From Oligoflexia bacterium (GTDB lineage Bacteria; Bdellovibrionota; UBA1018): a stretch of 64,000 bases of DNA. Below are positions 51,227 to 61,656 of this stretch, piece after piece. Location of the stretch: contig CAVWVI010000001.1 in assembly GCA_963758495.1 (NCBI GenBank), forward strand, positions 192,001 to 256,000, read 5' to 3'. The translations under genes were made by a program, and so were the position numbers. Every line of letters begins with the position of its first letter. The stretch's first letter is position 1. Below the pieces are notes generated by a model that was given only the letters and a program-made list of their open reading frames with translations, was not told the DNA's origin and did no database searches.

Positions 51227-52389
51227 CTTCGATCACTTAACGGGATGACCTGACGCTGAGCAGGTCCGACATACTCGTTCAGAGGTCTAATAATTCGATT
51301 ATTGGCAGCTTGCTCCATAATATGAGCCGACCAGCCTGTCGTTCGAGCCATCACGAAGATCGGTGTAAAGAAGTCAATATCGAAGCCCATCATGTAATAG
51401 GCTGGCCCAGCAGGAAAATCGAGGTTGGGATAAATTCGCTTCTTCTCTACCATCACTTTTTCAAGCGAATTGTACATCTGCATCCACTTCTGCTCACCCG
51501 TAACATCGGCCATGACTTGTGCATATTTCTTCATGGTGGAAACTCGGGAGTCACCCGACTTGTAAACACGATGTCCGAATCCCATGACTTTCTTCTTTTG
51601 AGCTAAAGCGTTGAGCATCCATTGCTCTGCCTTGTCCGGGTCACCAATTTCGATCATCATGTGCATCACCTGTTCATTGGCTCCACCGTGTAACGGTCCT
51701 TTCAATGCGCCAATCCCCGCAACGGTCGCAGAATAAATGTCGGATTGAGTAGAAGTCACCACTCGTGCTGTGAATGTCGAAGCATTGAAGCTGTGTTCAG
51801 CGTAAAGAACCAACGATGCGTCAAAGGCTTTGACAATCTCTTTCCGTGGCACCTTCCCAAAATACATTTGAAAAAAATTCTCAGAAATAGACAAATGGGC
51901 TTGAGGCGGGATGAAGCTCAATCCACTTTTAAAACGGTGGTGAGCAGCAATCAAGGTCGGGATCTTCGCAAGGAGCTGGATCGCCTTGTCTCTATTGGTT
52001 TCTGGAGAGGAATCCCAAGTGCGAGGATCTTCACAACCCAAAATGGAAACTGCTGTACGAATAGCATCCATAGGATGAGTACTTCGAGGAAGAGATTCGA
52101 TGGCACGAAGAACTGTTTCAGATACCTCACGATAGCCGCGCTCTTTTTTTGAAAAAGCGGCCAGTTCTTGCTGATTTGGAAGCTCTCCATAATAAAGAAG
52201 GTAGGCTACTTCTTCAAATGAACAACTTTCAGCCAAGTCCTGTACTGGATAACCTCGATAGATCAGAGAATTTGTTTCTGGATTCACTTTGGAAATCACA
52301 GAAGTATCTATGACAGCACCTTCTAAACCCTTTTTAACGTTCATTTTCTCTGGTTCTGGAACGTAATCGGGATTGATATAGTTTGTCAC
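51223..52389 (-). CDS. prpC: 2-methylcitrate synthase/citrate synthase
   Basis: YAEHSFNASTF, GPLHGGANE, MGFGHRVYK, PNLDFP; adjacent to prpDB. Confidence 0.9.
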   Translation of the reverse strand: MTNYINPDYVPEPEKMNVKKGLEGAVIDTSVISKVNPETNSLIYRGYPVQDLAESCSFEEVAYLLYYGELPNQQELAAFSKKERGYREVSETVLRAIESLPRSTHPMDAIRTAVSILGCEDPRTWDSSPETNRDKAIQLLAKIPTLIAAHHRFKSGLSFIPPQAHLSISENFFQMYFGKVPRKEIVKAFDASLVLYAEHSFNASTFTARVVTSTQSDIYSATVAGIGALKGPLHGGANEQVMHMMIEIGDPDKAEQWMLNALAQKKKVMGFGHRVYKSGDSRVSTMKKYAQVMADVTGEQKWMQMYNSLEKVMVEKKRIYPNLDFPAGPAYYMMGFDIDFFTPIFVMARTTGWSAHIMEQAANNRIIRPLNEYVGPAQRQVIPLSDRR

Positions 52390-52466
52390 AAAAATTCCTT
52401 TCTCTGAATGATCTACTTGAATGATCCATTTGGATTTTGCCGAAGCTTAATCTGTATTCAACCCGG

Positions 52467-52534
52467 ACGTTAATTCAAGTCAGCCTGAAATGTCAACGAA
52501 CCACTTGACGTATTTAAGAGTTCTCAGCTACGGT
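52467..52534. promoter_or_regulatory. Back-to-back sigma70-like promoters for prpC and prpDB
   Basis: Minus strand TTGACA-18-TAACGT; plus strand TTGACG-18-TACGGT. Confidence 0.4.
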
Positions 52535-52587
52535 CGATTCAATTCTGACCTGCGGCAGAAATTAAAGTGGCATAAGAAAGGAAAACC

Positions 52588-54096
52588 GTGAAGATACATC
52601 AAATTCGGGTACACCCCTCCAAAGAAAAACTAGAACGCAAAGACCAATTCGCATGGAAGCTCGCCGAAATCTCATCGGACTCTGCTCCTATTAAAACCGA
52701 CGTTCTAGACATGGTGATTAATCGAATCATCGACAATGCGTCGGTTGCGATCGCTTCCTTGAACCGCCACCCTGTTGCTTCAGCTCGTGCCATGGCCTTA
52801 GCCCACCCTAGAAGCGGGGGAGCAACCGTTTTTGGAATGCCCAATGATCAGAGATTTGATTGCGAATGGGCAGCTTGGGCGAATGGAACTGCCGTTCGAG
52901 AGTTGGATTTTCACGATACCTTCCTTGCCGCTGATTACTCCCATCCAGGTGACAATATCCCTCCCATCTTGGCAGTTGCGCAACAAATGAACAAATCAGG
53001 TCAGGATCTCCTAAAAGGGATTGTCACGGGCTACGAAGTTCAAGTGAATCTTGTAAAAGGGATTTGCCTTCACGAATTTAAAAAAGATCATATCGCCCAT
53101 CTCTGTCCTGCACAGGCAGCTGGAATTGGAACTTTGCTTGGGCTTCCAACCGAAACGATTTTTCAAGCCATTCAACAGGCCGTTCATGTGTCCTTTACCA
53201 CGCGCCAATCGCGTAAAGGCGAGATTTCATCCTGGAAAGCCTATGCTCCAGCCCACGCTGGGAAGCTTGCGATAGAAGCTGTGGATCGCACTATGCGAGG
53301 CGAAGGTGCACCTTCACCCATCTACGAAGGCGAAGACTCTGTGATCGCCTACATGCTCAGCGGAAAAAACGGCCGATATGAGGTTCCTCTTCCACAAATC
53401 GGCGAAGAAAAACGGGCGATTCTGGAAACTTACACGAAGGAGTATTCCGCGGAGTACCAATCACAGGCGCTCATTGATCTCGCTCGAAAAATGAGATCGA
53501 AAATAACAAACTTTGATGACATCCAAAATATCGTCATTCACACTTCTCATCACACGCATTACGTCATCGGGACAGGTTCCAATGACCCCCAGAAAATGGA
53601 TCCCACTGCTTCTCGAGAAACCTTGGATCACTCGATTATGTATATTTTTGCGGTGGCTCTTGAGGACGGCACTTGGCACCATGTGAACTCCTATGCTCCG
53701 GAACGTGCAAAACGCGAAAGTACAATTCGACTATGGAACAAAATTTCTACTCTTGAAGATCCACAATGGACGAAATGGTATCATGAACAAGATCCGAATA
53801 AAAAACGGTTTGGTGGCCGAGTGGAAATCACCTTTAAAAATGGCGAAAAACAAGTAGATGAATTAGGCGTTGCAGATGCTCACCCTGCTGGAGCAAGACC
53901 GTTCAAACGTGCTGACTACATCCGAAAGTTTGATACCCTTACCAGTGGGATTATTACGAAGAGCGAACGAGATCGATTTATTTCACTTACGGAAAATCTA
54001 TCCGACCTTACATCAGCTCAAGTGCAACAACTCAATATTCAGATTGAAACCGATCGATTGAAAAATCATAAAAGAGACAAGCAAGGAATTTTCTAA
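52588..54096 (+). CDS. prpD: 2-methylcitrate dehydratase (MmgE/PrpD)
   Basis: [39 protein letters not shown]. Confidence 0.93.
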   Translation: MKIHQIRVHPSKEKLERKDQFAWKLAEISSDSAPIKTDVLDMVINRIIDNASVAIASLNRHPVASARAMALAHPRSGGATVFGMPNDQRFDCEWAAWANGTAVRELDFHDTFLAADYSHPGDNIPPILAVAQQMNKSGQDLLKGIVTGYEVQVNLVKGICLHEFKKDHIAHLCPAQAAGIGTLLGLPTETIFQAIQQAVHVSFTTRQSRKGEISSWKAYAPAHAGKLAIEAVDRTMRGEGAPSPIYEGEDSVIAYMLSGKNGRYEVPLPQIGEEKRAILETYTKEYSAEYQSQALIDLARKMRSKITNFDDIQNIVIHTSHHTHYVIGTGSNDPQKMDPTASRETLDHSIMYIFAVALEDGTWHHVNSYAPERAKRESTIRLWNKISTLEDPQWTKWYHEQDPNKKRFGGRVEITFKNGEKQVDELGVADAHPAGARPFKRADYIRKFDTLTSGIITKSERDRFISLTENLSDLTSAQVQQLNIQIETDRLKNHKRDKQGIF

Positions 54097-54995
54097 TGCT
54101 ATTTCCTGAACTGACCCCTGCTGAAAAGCGAAAAAGTTTTCGTACAGAACTCAAGAGTGGAAGACTCCTCCAATTTCCTGGTTCTTGGTCACCTCTTGTG
54201 AGCATGGCTATTGAGAAGCAAGGTTTTGATGGGGTTTACATTTCTGGGTCAGTTCTCTCCAATGATCTGGGATACCCAGATATTGGCCTCACGACTCTGA
54301 CTGAAGTCGCACAGCGTGGGCGGCAGATCGCACGAACCACGAAACTTCCGACCCTGATTGATATTGACACAGGCTTTGGAGAACCCATGAGTGCCACTCG
54401 CACCGTTCAAGAAATGATTGAGATGGGTCTTGCAGGTTGCCATATCGAGGATCAAGTGAACCCAAAACGATGTGGTCACTTGGATGGCAAGGCATTGGTG
54501 AGTCGCGAAGAGATGGTTCGAAAAGTAACAGCGGCAGCGCGTGGAAAACGTCTCGATGAAAATTTTCTACTCATCGCTCGCACAGATTCCCGTGCAACAG
54601 AAGGTCTTGAAAAAGCGATTGAACGATCCAAAGCCTACGTAGATGCTGGAGCGGATTGTATTTTTATTGAAGCACTCGAAAACGAGAAGGAATTTGAGAT
54701 TTTCAGAAAAGCGATTTCTGTCCCATTACTTGCAAATATGACGGAATTCGGGAAATCCAAACTCCTCACTTATGACCTGCTTTCAAAGCTGGGCTATAAT
54801 ATCGTGATTTATCCAGTGACCACTTTCCGCTTGGCGATGAAAGCAACTCTCGATGGACTTTCTGAAATCAAAACCAAGGGAACTCAAGAAGGCCTCTTAA
54901 ATCAGATGCAGCACCGCAAGGAATTGTACGAACTGTCTCGGTACGAGGAATATAATTCCTTCGATCAGAGCATTTTCAATTTCCATTTAAAATGA
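54096..54995 (+). CDS. prpB: 2-methylisocitrate lyase
   Basis: DIDTGFG, HIEDQV.PKRCGH, ARTD, LANMTEFGK. Confidence 0.95.
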   Translation: MLFPELTPAEKRKSFRTELKSGRLLQFPGSWSPLVSMAIEKQGFDGVYISGSVLSNDLGYPDIGLTTLTEVAQRGRQIARTTKLPTLIDIDTGFGEPMSATRTVQEMIEMGLAGCHIEDQVNPKRCGHLDGKALVSREEMVRKVTAAARGKRLDENFLLIARTDSRATEGLEKAIERSKAYVDAGADCIFIEALENEKEFEIFRKAISVPLLANMTEFGKSKLLTYDLLSKLGYNIVIYPVTTFRLAMKATLDGLSEIKTKGTQEGLLNQMQHRKELYELSRYEEYNSFDQSIFNFHLK

Positions 54996-55001
54996 AGGCA
55001 C

Positions 55002-57224
55002 TTACCTACGGACATGAAGCTTCAAGCCATCTTTCACAGCGTACTTGAGTTCTGGAATAACATCCGCATCCATAACTAAAGTATGAATCCAATTATGATA
55101 ATTCCCATCAGAATGGTTTGCCGAAAGATTTCTAGCCAATGTACCAGCCACCAAAGCCGCGGCAAGATCGGTTGAACTCTCTCGATCGTGACCGAGTCTA
55201 GGTTCTTCAACAGGAATATTTTCCGCAGGAGCTGCAATCTGCACCAGTGATGAGTCGTAATTGGCCTGCTTGCCAGGAACTTGGATTAATTGATTTTGAG
55301 AATCTACGCCCGTCACAACCATCACATTGTCATAGCTTTTCGAAAGTGCCGCTGGATAAGAAGGGTGCAAAGACAAGGATAACCCTTGATCCCCTGCCGA
55401 CGTTACAACCACGACCCCATGCTGTTGAGCATAGGCCACTCCCATTTCAATCGCCTGGGATAAAATCGGAGTATTCCAACCACAGACAATGATTTCCGCT
55501 CCATGATCTACAGCATAAATAAACGCAGCATAAATAGAAGCCGAGCTAGTGATTCCCCAAGGATTAAATACCTTCAAAGGCATCACCTGAATCTGTGGCG
55601 CCACAGCGGCAATCACACTTGCAACTTGAGTTCCATGATAACTATCATCGTAGGGTTTTGAATCTTGAGAAATAAAATCCCATCCATATCGATCCATAAA
55701 ACCATCTGCATAGGTTGTAGGAACTGAATTCAACCAAAGAACATCGTGAAGTGTGGGAGAGTTATAATCCATTCCAGAATCTATGACTGCGATGATTGGC
55801 GCTGGATTCTCCAATGTTCCTTGACGCATTTCTGGAGCGTCCAGAAGCCCGATGGATGCCGCCCATGGCTCCTGGTTTAAACTCAACGGTTTCGCTAACC
55901 CAAGTCCATCTGCTTTTTTGTGATAAATTTGATCATAGCTAAAATATCTCCAAATTCGATAAGGTAATAAAACGGCTTCGGCTAAACTTTTTGCAAGGGC
56001 TTGTGCTCGCGTGACGGTAGGAACTAAGCCAGTTAAATTACTAGGTGGAATAATTACAGGAGCGAGCACAATCGACTCTGATGTCATGGAGAGATCCGAA
56101 GCTGTTTTCATTTTTAAACTTAAAATATTGAGGGTATCTGATTGCTGAGCTAATGACAGAGAAGGCAAAGCTGAAATCTGACTGTACATATCTCCGACCT
56201 GCACTGAGGTGAGGTTTCCTCTTAGCAAATGCGCCGTGGACCCATTCAATTCGCTCGAATCCACTTGAAGGATATCATCCATGTGATTCAGGTTTTGATA
56301 ATAAACTCCTACTGGAATTTCAGAATTTTCACCTGTCCCTAAAAGCACTGTTCCATCAACAAGAACTGCATCGATTTTGGCTAATAACGGAACTTCCGAA
56401 AGGCCACGATCAATCGACTCAATGGCTTTCGAAAGCGCGCTTTTTACAACCTGATTCATTGCATCTCGACGAGCTACGGAAATTCCAGCACTATAACCTT
56501 TATAAGCTCCAGCAACATCAAAGAAAAATCCATTGCCTTTCACCTGAATTTCGTAAATCTTCGGAGCATTGTCCATCGCCTTCTGTATTTCTACATTCAA
56601 CCGAAGTTCTGAATGATAGGATGCATATTTCACATTTAACCAGGCATAGAGAATATCAATTTCAAAACCATCTCCTAAATCTAAGCCTGCCTGTGAGTCA
56701 ACGGGAAATACCCCCTTACTGTCAAATCGACTCCCGAACCAATTTGGACTACCCCAGCCCACTCTTAATGGAAATTCATTTTTAAATGTTCCATATCCGT
56801 CATTGAAAGGGGTTCTAAAGTTTTCGTTCAATCCATAAAACATTCGATCGCCAAATGATCCCGTTTGAAAACTAAGAGCCGTCACTCGAATTTTTACCGT
56901 CGCATCGGGTGAAACACTTTCTACCCAATTATAATCCAGGGCTCTGTAATTGGATGCCTTGTCGATTGTATCAACCAAAATATAACGTCCTGAATTAATA
57001 AAATAGGTTGAAAGCATACCTTGAAAATCTTGACCAAAATCATGCATGGATTGATCCGGCATCTCAACTTGAACATCCTGAATGGGAATTAATTCTATCA
57101 CTTTTTTTCCAGTTTTGACTGCTGTCAAATCAGTGGGCTTTTTCCCTGCCGCTAAAGTTGATGTGAGGGGAGATAAAGTCGAGATCAATCCGACAACGAA
57201 GACCAAAAGGGGAGAAATTTTCAT
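55002..57224 (-). CDS. Exported protein: CsgG/FlgT-like N-terminal region plus subtilisin (S8) domain lacking the catalytic Ser
   Basis: IAVIDSG and YHGTQVA present; SAGD instead of AGN; SSTDLAA instead of SGTSMAA. Confidence 0.75.
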   Translation of the reverse strand: MKISPLLVFVVGLISTLSPLTSTLAAGKKPTDLTAVKTGKKVIELIPIQDVQVEMPDQSMHDFGQDFQGMLSTYFINSGRYILVDTIDKASNYRALDYNWVESVSPDATVKIRVTALSFQTGSFGDRMFYGLNENFRTPFNDGYGTFKNEFPLRVGWGSPNWFGSRFDSKGVFPVDSQAGLDLGDGFEIDILYAWLNVKYASYHSELRLNVEIQKAMDNAPKIYEIQVKGNGFFFDVAGAYKGYSAGISVARRDAMNQVVKSALSKAIESIDRGLSEVPLLAKIDAVLVDGTVLLGTGENSEIPVGVYYQNLNHMDDILQVDSSELNGSTAHLLRGNLTSVQVGDMYSQISALPSLSLAQQSDTLNILSLKMKTASDLSMTSESIVLAPVIIPPSNLTGLVPTVTRAQALAKSLAEAVLLPYRIWRYFSYDQIYHKKADGLGLAKPLSLNQEPWAASIGLLDAPEMRQGTLENPAPIIAVIDSGMDYNSPTLHDVLWLNSVPTTYADGFMDRYGWDFISQDSKPYDDSYHGTQVASVIAAVAPQIQVMPLKVFNPWGITSSASIYAAFIYAVDHGAEIIVCGWNTPILSQAIEMGVAYAQQHGVVVVTSAGDQGLSLSLHPSYPAALSKSYDNVMVVTGVDSQNQLIQVPGKQANYDSSLVQIAAPAENIPVEEPRLGHDRESSTDLAAALVAGTLARNLSANHSDGNYHNWIHTLVMDADVIPELKYAVKDGLKLHVRR

Positions 57225-58195
57225 TGTGCGCTCACGTTTCTAATCATCACAAGGTCCCCCACTTGAACTCCTCGAGTTGAAAACACTTGATCCACACTAG
57301 CGGTACTTGATACTGTATCCGCCATAATCGTATGCACATAAGCAACAGTTTGAAATACGTTACAGGTTCCAGTGGATGAGGCATCAACTGGAGCATAGAT
57401 CTCAAATGATTGATTTGGATAAATTTGAAATTGAGAACCTGCATCGAAAATCAGCGTACCAGCAGAAGGAACCACTTCCATAACACGAGCTTGCCAAGGC
57501 AATTGATTTACTCGGGGTGATTGGGCTAACTGACTCATTCCATTTAACATAATAGAACGTATTGCAGCACCTATTGGAGTGTTATATAAAACACTTGGAG
57601 CAGTGTTAACCATAGTAAAATCAACCACCATAGATAAATTAACCCCCGCTGTTAAATGCGTAGAAGTGGAGGCAGCAACTGCAGAACAGCTACCGCTGAT
57701 ACATTCCCAGATGCTAAAATCCATTGAAATGGTGCCAATTTGAACACTCACCTTACCTGTAATATTTGTAATAGCGCCAATTGATCCTGTGGGTGAAAAA
57801 CCAAATGAAACCGAGCCATCTCCTACATCCAACTGAAAATTGGTGACGGAAGAACGAAGCTCTAAATGAGAATCACAAGGGTTGTTTTCAAGAGAAACTA
57901 CAGGTGCAAAATTAGAGCTAGAGGTGACTGCTGTATTTAATATGGATTGTAGATCTAACGATAAATCCACTGCAGACCCATTGGGTAATTGGAAAACTTT
58001 TGTGCCGATTGGCTGAACCACCACATTTCGAACTGGATTCGGTGTCGTCAAACTAGGGGTATTTGATATCGAGCAGGAAGGTACACTCAGTTTCTTGGCA
58101 GCAGAATAAGCATTTTGAATAAAAACAGTATTGATTGTGGTTAAAAATACTGAGCCAAAAAGGACACACAGCTTGGTATAGTTCTCAGATTTCAT
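57221..58195 (-). CDS. Exported CsgG/FlgT-like beta-rich protein
   Basis: Signal peptide; PWQARV..V...LIFDAG and VQVGDLV patterns; 4-bp overlap with the S8 gene. Confidence 0.55.
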   Translation of the reverse strand: MKSENYTKLCVLFGSVFLTTINTVFIQNAYSAAKKLSVPSCSISNTPSLTTPNPVRNVVVQPIGTKVFQLPNGSAVDLSLDLQSILNTAVTSSSNFAPVVSLENNPCDSHLELRSSVTNFQLDVGDGSVSFGFSPTGSIGAITNITGKVSVQIGTISMDFSIWECISGSCSAVAASTSTHLTAGVNLSMVVDFTMVNTAPSVLYNTPIGAAIRSIMLNGMSQLAQSPRVNQLPWQARVMEVVPSAGTLIFDAGSQFQIYPNQSFEIYAPVDASSTGTCNVFQTVAYVHTIMADTVSSTASVDQVFSTRGVQVGDLVMIRNVSAQ

Positions 58196-58417
58196 TGAGA
58201 GTTCCCTTTCTTATTTTTATTTTAATTTTAATTTTTATCTTTATTCTTATTGGGTGGGCTTATCTGTAAAGTATTACTAAATCGTAATAGATTTGACACG
58301 TATAGTCAACTCATAATTCGCCTTAAAATTTGCGATATAAGTCATTATAATTTAATATTTATTTTTTATATTCGCCTAGAGTCGACTCTATTCATCAGTA
58401 CCGCCAGTCATTCAAAC

Positions 58418-59209
58418 CTAGCGAGTTTGCTGTGGCGTCTCGTATTGGTTATTTAAAAGTATGATTTCTACTCTACGATTTTTTGCTCGATCCCACGGTT
58501 CTTTTCCCTCCGACAGGGGACGGAAATGAGAAAAGCCTGCTACTTCTAGATGAGTAGGATCAATATCGAATTTACTAATCCAATATTTTGCGACCCAAGC
58601 TGCACGTGCAGAAGAGAGTTCCCAATCACTTGCAAAGACTTTTAATCGCGCTTCTGCGGGATCAGTATGCCCTTCCAGTCGAATCAAACGTTTCGTCTTC
58701 GAAACGACTCGTCCAATACGATCTAGGACAGGTCTCAAATCTAAACGAGCCTCAACCGCCCCCTCATCAAAGAAATCTTTTGTCGCTATTCGGACAATAA
58801 GACCTTTGCTATCGTATTGCATTTTTAATTTCTCTGAAATTTCGGTTGCACCCAATTCTAAACTCATTGTTTCTTCAAGCAAATCTCGAACTTCTTGAAG
58901 CTCTGGATCAGGGTCCGCAGCGGTATTTGTTTTGCCAGCAGGTAGATCTTGCATTCTCCCTACCGGAGAATTAGGAACCTCAAAGGGGTTAGCGGTATTA
59001 CCCCCTGAAGTGCCCCCCAAGTCCACCATTCCCGCTGGTCCAGCAGCAAAAGCCCGCTGAACTCCTGCAGAAAATTGCTTAAACTTGGCCATGTCTGCTT
59101 GTGAAATTGCATACATAATCACAAAAAATGCAAAGAGCAGTGTAATGAAATCTGCATACGAGACGAGCCATCTTTCAAGATTTACATGTTCTGGATGTTT
59201 TTTCTTCAT
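58418..59209 (-). CDS. motB: Flagellar motor stator protein MotB
   Basis: WLVSYADFITLLFAFFVIMYA; EGHTD, WELSSARA, NRRVEI OmpA-like domain. Confidence 0.95.
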   Translation of the reverse strand: MKKKHPEHVNLERWLVSYADFITLLFAFFVIMYAISQADMAKFKQFSAGVQRAFAAGPAGMVDLGGTSGGNTANPFEVPNSPVGRMQDLPAGKTNTAADPDPELQEVRDLLEETMSLELGATEISEKLKMQYDSKGLIVRIATKDFFDEGAVEARLDLRPVLDRIGRVVSKTKRLIRLEGHTDPAEARLKVFASDWELSSARAAWVAKYWISKFDIDPTHLEVAGFSHFRPLSEGKEPWDRAKNRRVEIILLNNQYETPQQTR

Positions 59210-59218
59210 ATTTTAATT

Positions 59219-59998
59219 TTACGCCTTAGCAGGATGCCCCCCCGAACGACGATGATGCTCTTCCACAAATACTTCTAGTTTCTCTTGAAGGAAGTGGGGG
59301 TTCAAACCTTCTTGAATTCCTACAACTCCTAATTTTACGACTTCTTTAGTGAGCATCCTTTGTGCGGCCTTACGCTTCATTTTTGTGCCCCAAGGAATGA
59401 AAAAAAGATTTGAAATACCCACCCCATAAACTGTGGCGACGAACGCCACTGCAATACCTTCACCGATTTTAGAGGGATCATTCAAAAGCGCCATAACGTG
59501 AATCAAACCGAGAACGGCACCGATAATTCCGATAGTAGGTGCATAACCCCCTGCACCCTCGAAAACTTTTCCAGCAGCCTCTTCTTCTTCAAAGGCTAAA
59601 AAGATCTCTGTTTCAATGATTTCTTTGACAGTATTAGGTTCAAAACCATCGATGACATATTTAATCGTTTTTTTAAATAATTCGTTTTGAATACTATCGC
59701 GCTGTCCTTCTACTGCAAGAACTCCTTCTTTACGAGCAATAGTCGCAATTCGAATAATTTCATCAATGGTTGGCCTAACGTCGAGATTTACGTTGATGTA
59801 AACAGAAGGAATCATGGCAAAAGCTTTTTTTACATCTTGAACCGGAAACGACAAAAGCATGGCACCAATAGTACCAGACAGAACAATGAGCGCTGCAGTG
59901 CCCTGCATAATTTGCCCAATGTGTCCTCCTTCAAGAATCTGACCTCCTAGAATACCGCAAATCCCCATCAGGGATCCCATCACCGAAGCTAAATCCAT
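59219..59998 (-). CDS. motA: Flagellar motor stator protein MotA
   Basis: ARKEG, GGYAPTIGIIGAVLGL, AFVATVYG, IQEG.NP. Confidence 0.95.
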   Translation of the reverse strand: MDLASVMGSLMGICGILGGQILEGGHIGQIMQGTAALIVLSGTIGAMLLSFPVQDVKKAFAMIPSVYINVNLDVRPTIDEIIRIATIARKEGVLAVEGQRDSIQNELFKKTIKYVIDGFEPNTVKEIIETEIFLAFEEEEAAGKVFEGAGGYAPTIGIIGAVLGLIHVMALLNDPSKIGEGIAVAFVATVYGVGISNLFFIPWGTKMKRKAAQRMLTKEVVKLGVVGIQEGLNPHFLQEKLEVFVEEHHRRSGGHPAKA

Positions 59999-60017
59999 CG
60001 CATCTTCTCCTGATCTT

Positions 60018-60227
60018 TCACTTCATTTCCTCTCTAGGAGGTGGCTCATGGTAGAGCTGCTGACGATAAGTCATAGTAGCTCGGATGACAGCGTCAACGT
60101 CTTCACGAACCATGAGCTTTTCACCTACAGTCAAAGTAATGACAGTGTCTGGCGTGGCTTCGATATACTTTATCAAATCACAGTTGAGTATAAATTCTTT
60201 GCCATTGAATCGAGTTAGCCGGATCAT
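60018..60227 (-). CDS. flbD: Flagellar FlbD family protein
   Basis: MIRLTRFNG..F.LN.DLI..IE.TPDTVITL..G. Confidence 0.9.
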   Translation of the reverse strand: MIRLTRFNGKEFILNCDLIKYIEATPDTVITLTVGEKLMVREDVDAVIRATMTYRQQLYHEPPPREEMK

Positions 60228-60294
60228 AATTGAAACTGTCACCTTCCCCAGTTCATGTATACTTTAAGTGTAACTCTGATGAGCTAGGAGTCAA

Positions 60295-61653
60295 ATGAGT
60301 CAATCAAATATAGATGTACGAGGGTATACCAGCTTTAATCGTCCCGTCTCAAGGCAACTTCAAGTCCTTTCGATCCTCGTCGATGGATCTATTGTTCTAT
60401 TTATTGGCCTAGTCGTACTAGAATTATTGAAGATCACACCTCTTCCAAAAATGAGTCATGTAGTGCTATGGATCTTCTTGGGCGCTTCATACTGGTTTCT
60501 TCAAAAAGGTCTATTTAAAGTAACTTTAGGCGAACGTTGCTGGCAAATCAGACCCAAGGGAACAAAACTCTACGAATGTGATTATTTAAAGCCTGCCTCT
60601 ATTTTCATGAGCTGTCTTTTAACTACCTTCTCGATTCTCATCTCTTATTCAACCTTCAAGAAAATCGTATTTCAAAATCCAGTCTGGCTCTCCGCGTCCT
60701 TATGGAACTTCGAGCCCTTCATCCCTTCTTCCAAAGATTGGATGGTGACTCCGTTTTTTTATGTCATGGGTGGGTGGCCAAAAACATTCAATGGCAAGCC
60801 CATTCTTTATTCACTCCCTTACGAGAAAGGCCCTCCTTCAAGATTTATTGGACATACTGTCGCTTATTGGGATGCTCCAGATATTAAACTCGTTTTGGAA
60901 GGCCCAAAAACCCCAGACAAAGCTGGGAGTCAAAAGGAACTCAAAGAATGTATTCTGGGTCATGCTTTTCCTTCTACTCACTCTATTTACTCTCTTGATT
61001 CGGCTTATCATTGCATATTTGCACGCGAGCAAGCTCTCACCCGACATATTAAAGAGCTTGAAGCGGCTCACCCTTCTTCCTGGACGCTTAAATGGTTTAT
61101 GGTTAATAATGCAATGCTACCCCCCGAAGATCGGCCTCAAGGAATCTATTTGAGTGCTTCAGGTGATACCTGGACTCAAGATCGCTTTATCCTGATCAAC
61201 TCTCAGGGAATTCACCAAACCCTCATTCTAACTCGACCCAAAAATGAATCCGGAAGCCTCGCCTTTGATCTCATACAAAAAACGGTGAGAAGCTTACGCA
61301 GCTTTAAAGAACTCGACCCCGGTCGAGCCTGGGTCAACCAAGAGCTTGAAGAAGTCCGCCTTCGAGAATTACAAACTAACCAAGACCCTGTTGCGCTTAC
61401 AGCAAATTTAGCAGAAATTCAAAGCCTCCTTATTTCTAGAATTTCAGTCGAACCTGGAAGCTTTGACTCCTATTTTCATTTAGCGGGAACTTCCATGATA
61501 CTACTAAAAAGCTTGAACGCGAGTCGCGAGAAAAAGCTCTCCATTGCACTCCAGAACCTCCAAAATGCTTACCATTTTGCTCAAGACGTTGCCCCCGCTG
61601 ATCCCCGAATCAATCTCATGCAAAATCTTATAGTTGAGGCTAAGAAGTTTTAG
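60295..61653 (+). CDS. Hypothetical membrane protein
   Basis: N-terminal TM helices (RDD-like TLG motif); AGGAG RBS; helical C-terminus. Confidence 0.65.
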   Translation: MSQSNIDVRGYTSFNRPVSRQLQVLSILVDGSIVLFIGLVVLELLKITPLPKMSHVVLWIFLGASYWFLQKGLFKVTLGERCWQIRPKGTKLYECDYLKPASIFMSCLLTTFSILISYSTFKKIVFQNPVWLSASLWNFEPFIPSSKDWMVTPFFYVMGGWPKTFNGKPILYSLPYEKGPPSRFIGHTVAYWDAPDIKLVLEGPKTPDKAGSQKELKECILGHAFPSTHSIYSLDSAYHCIFAREQALTRHIKELEAAHPSSWTLKWFMVNNAMLPPEDRPQGIYLSASGDTWTQDRFILINSQGIHQTLILTRPKNESGSLAFDLIQKTVRSLRSFKELDPGRAWVNQELEEVRLRELQTNQDPVALTANLAEIQSLLISRISVEPGSFDSYFHLAGTSMILLKSLNASREKKLSIALQNLQNAYHFAQDVAPADPRINLMQNLIVEAKKF

Positions 61654-61656
61654 CGA

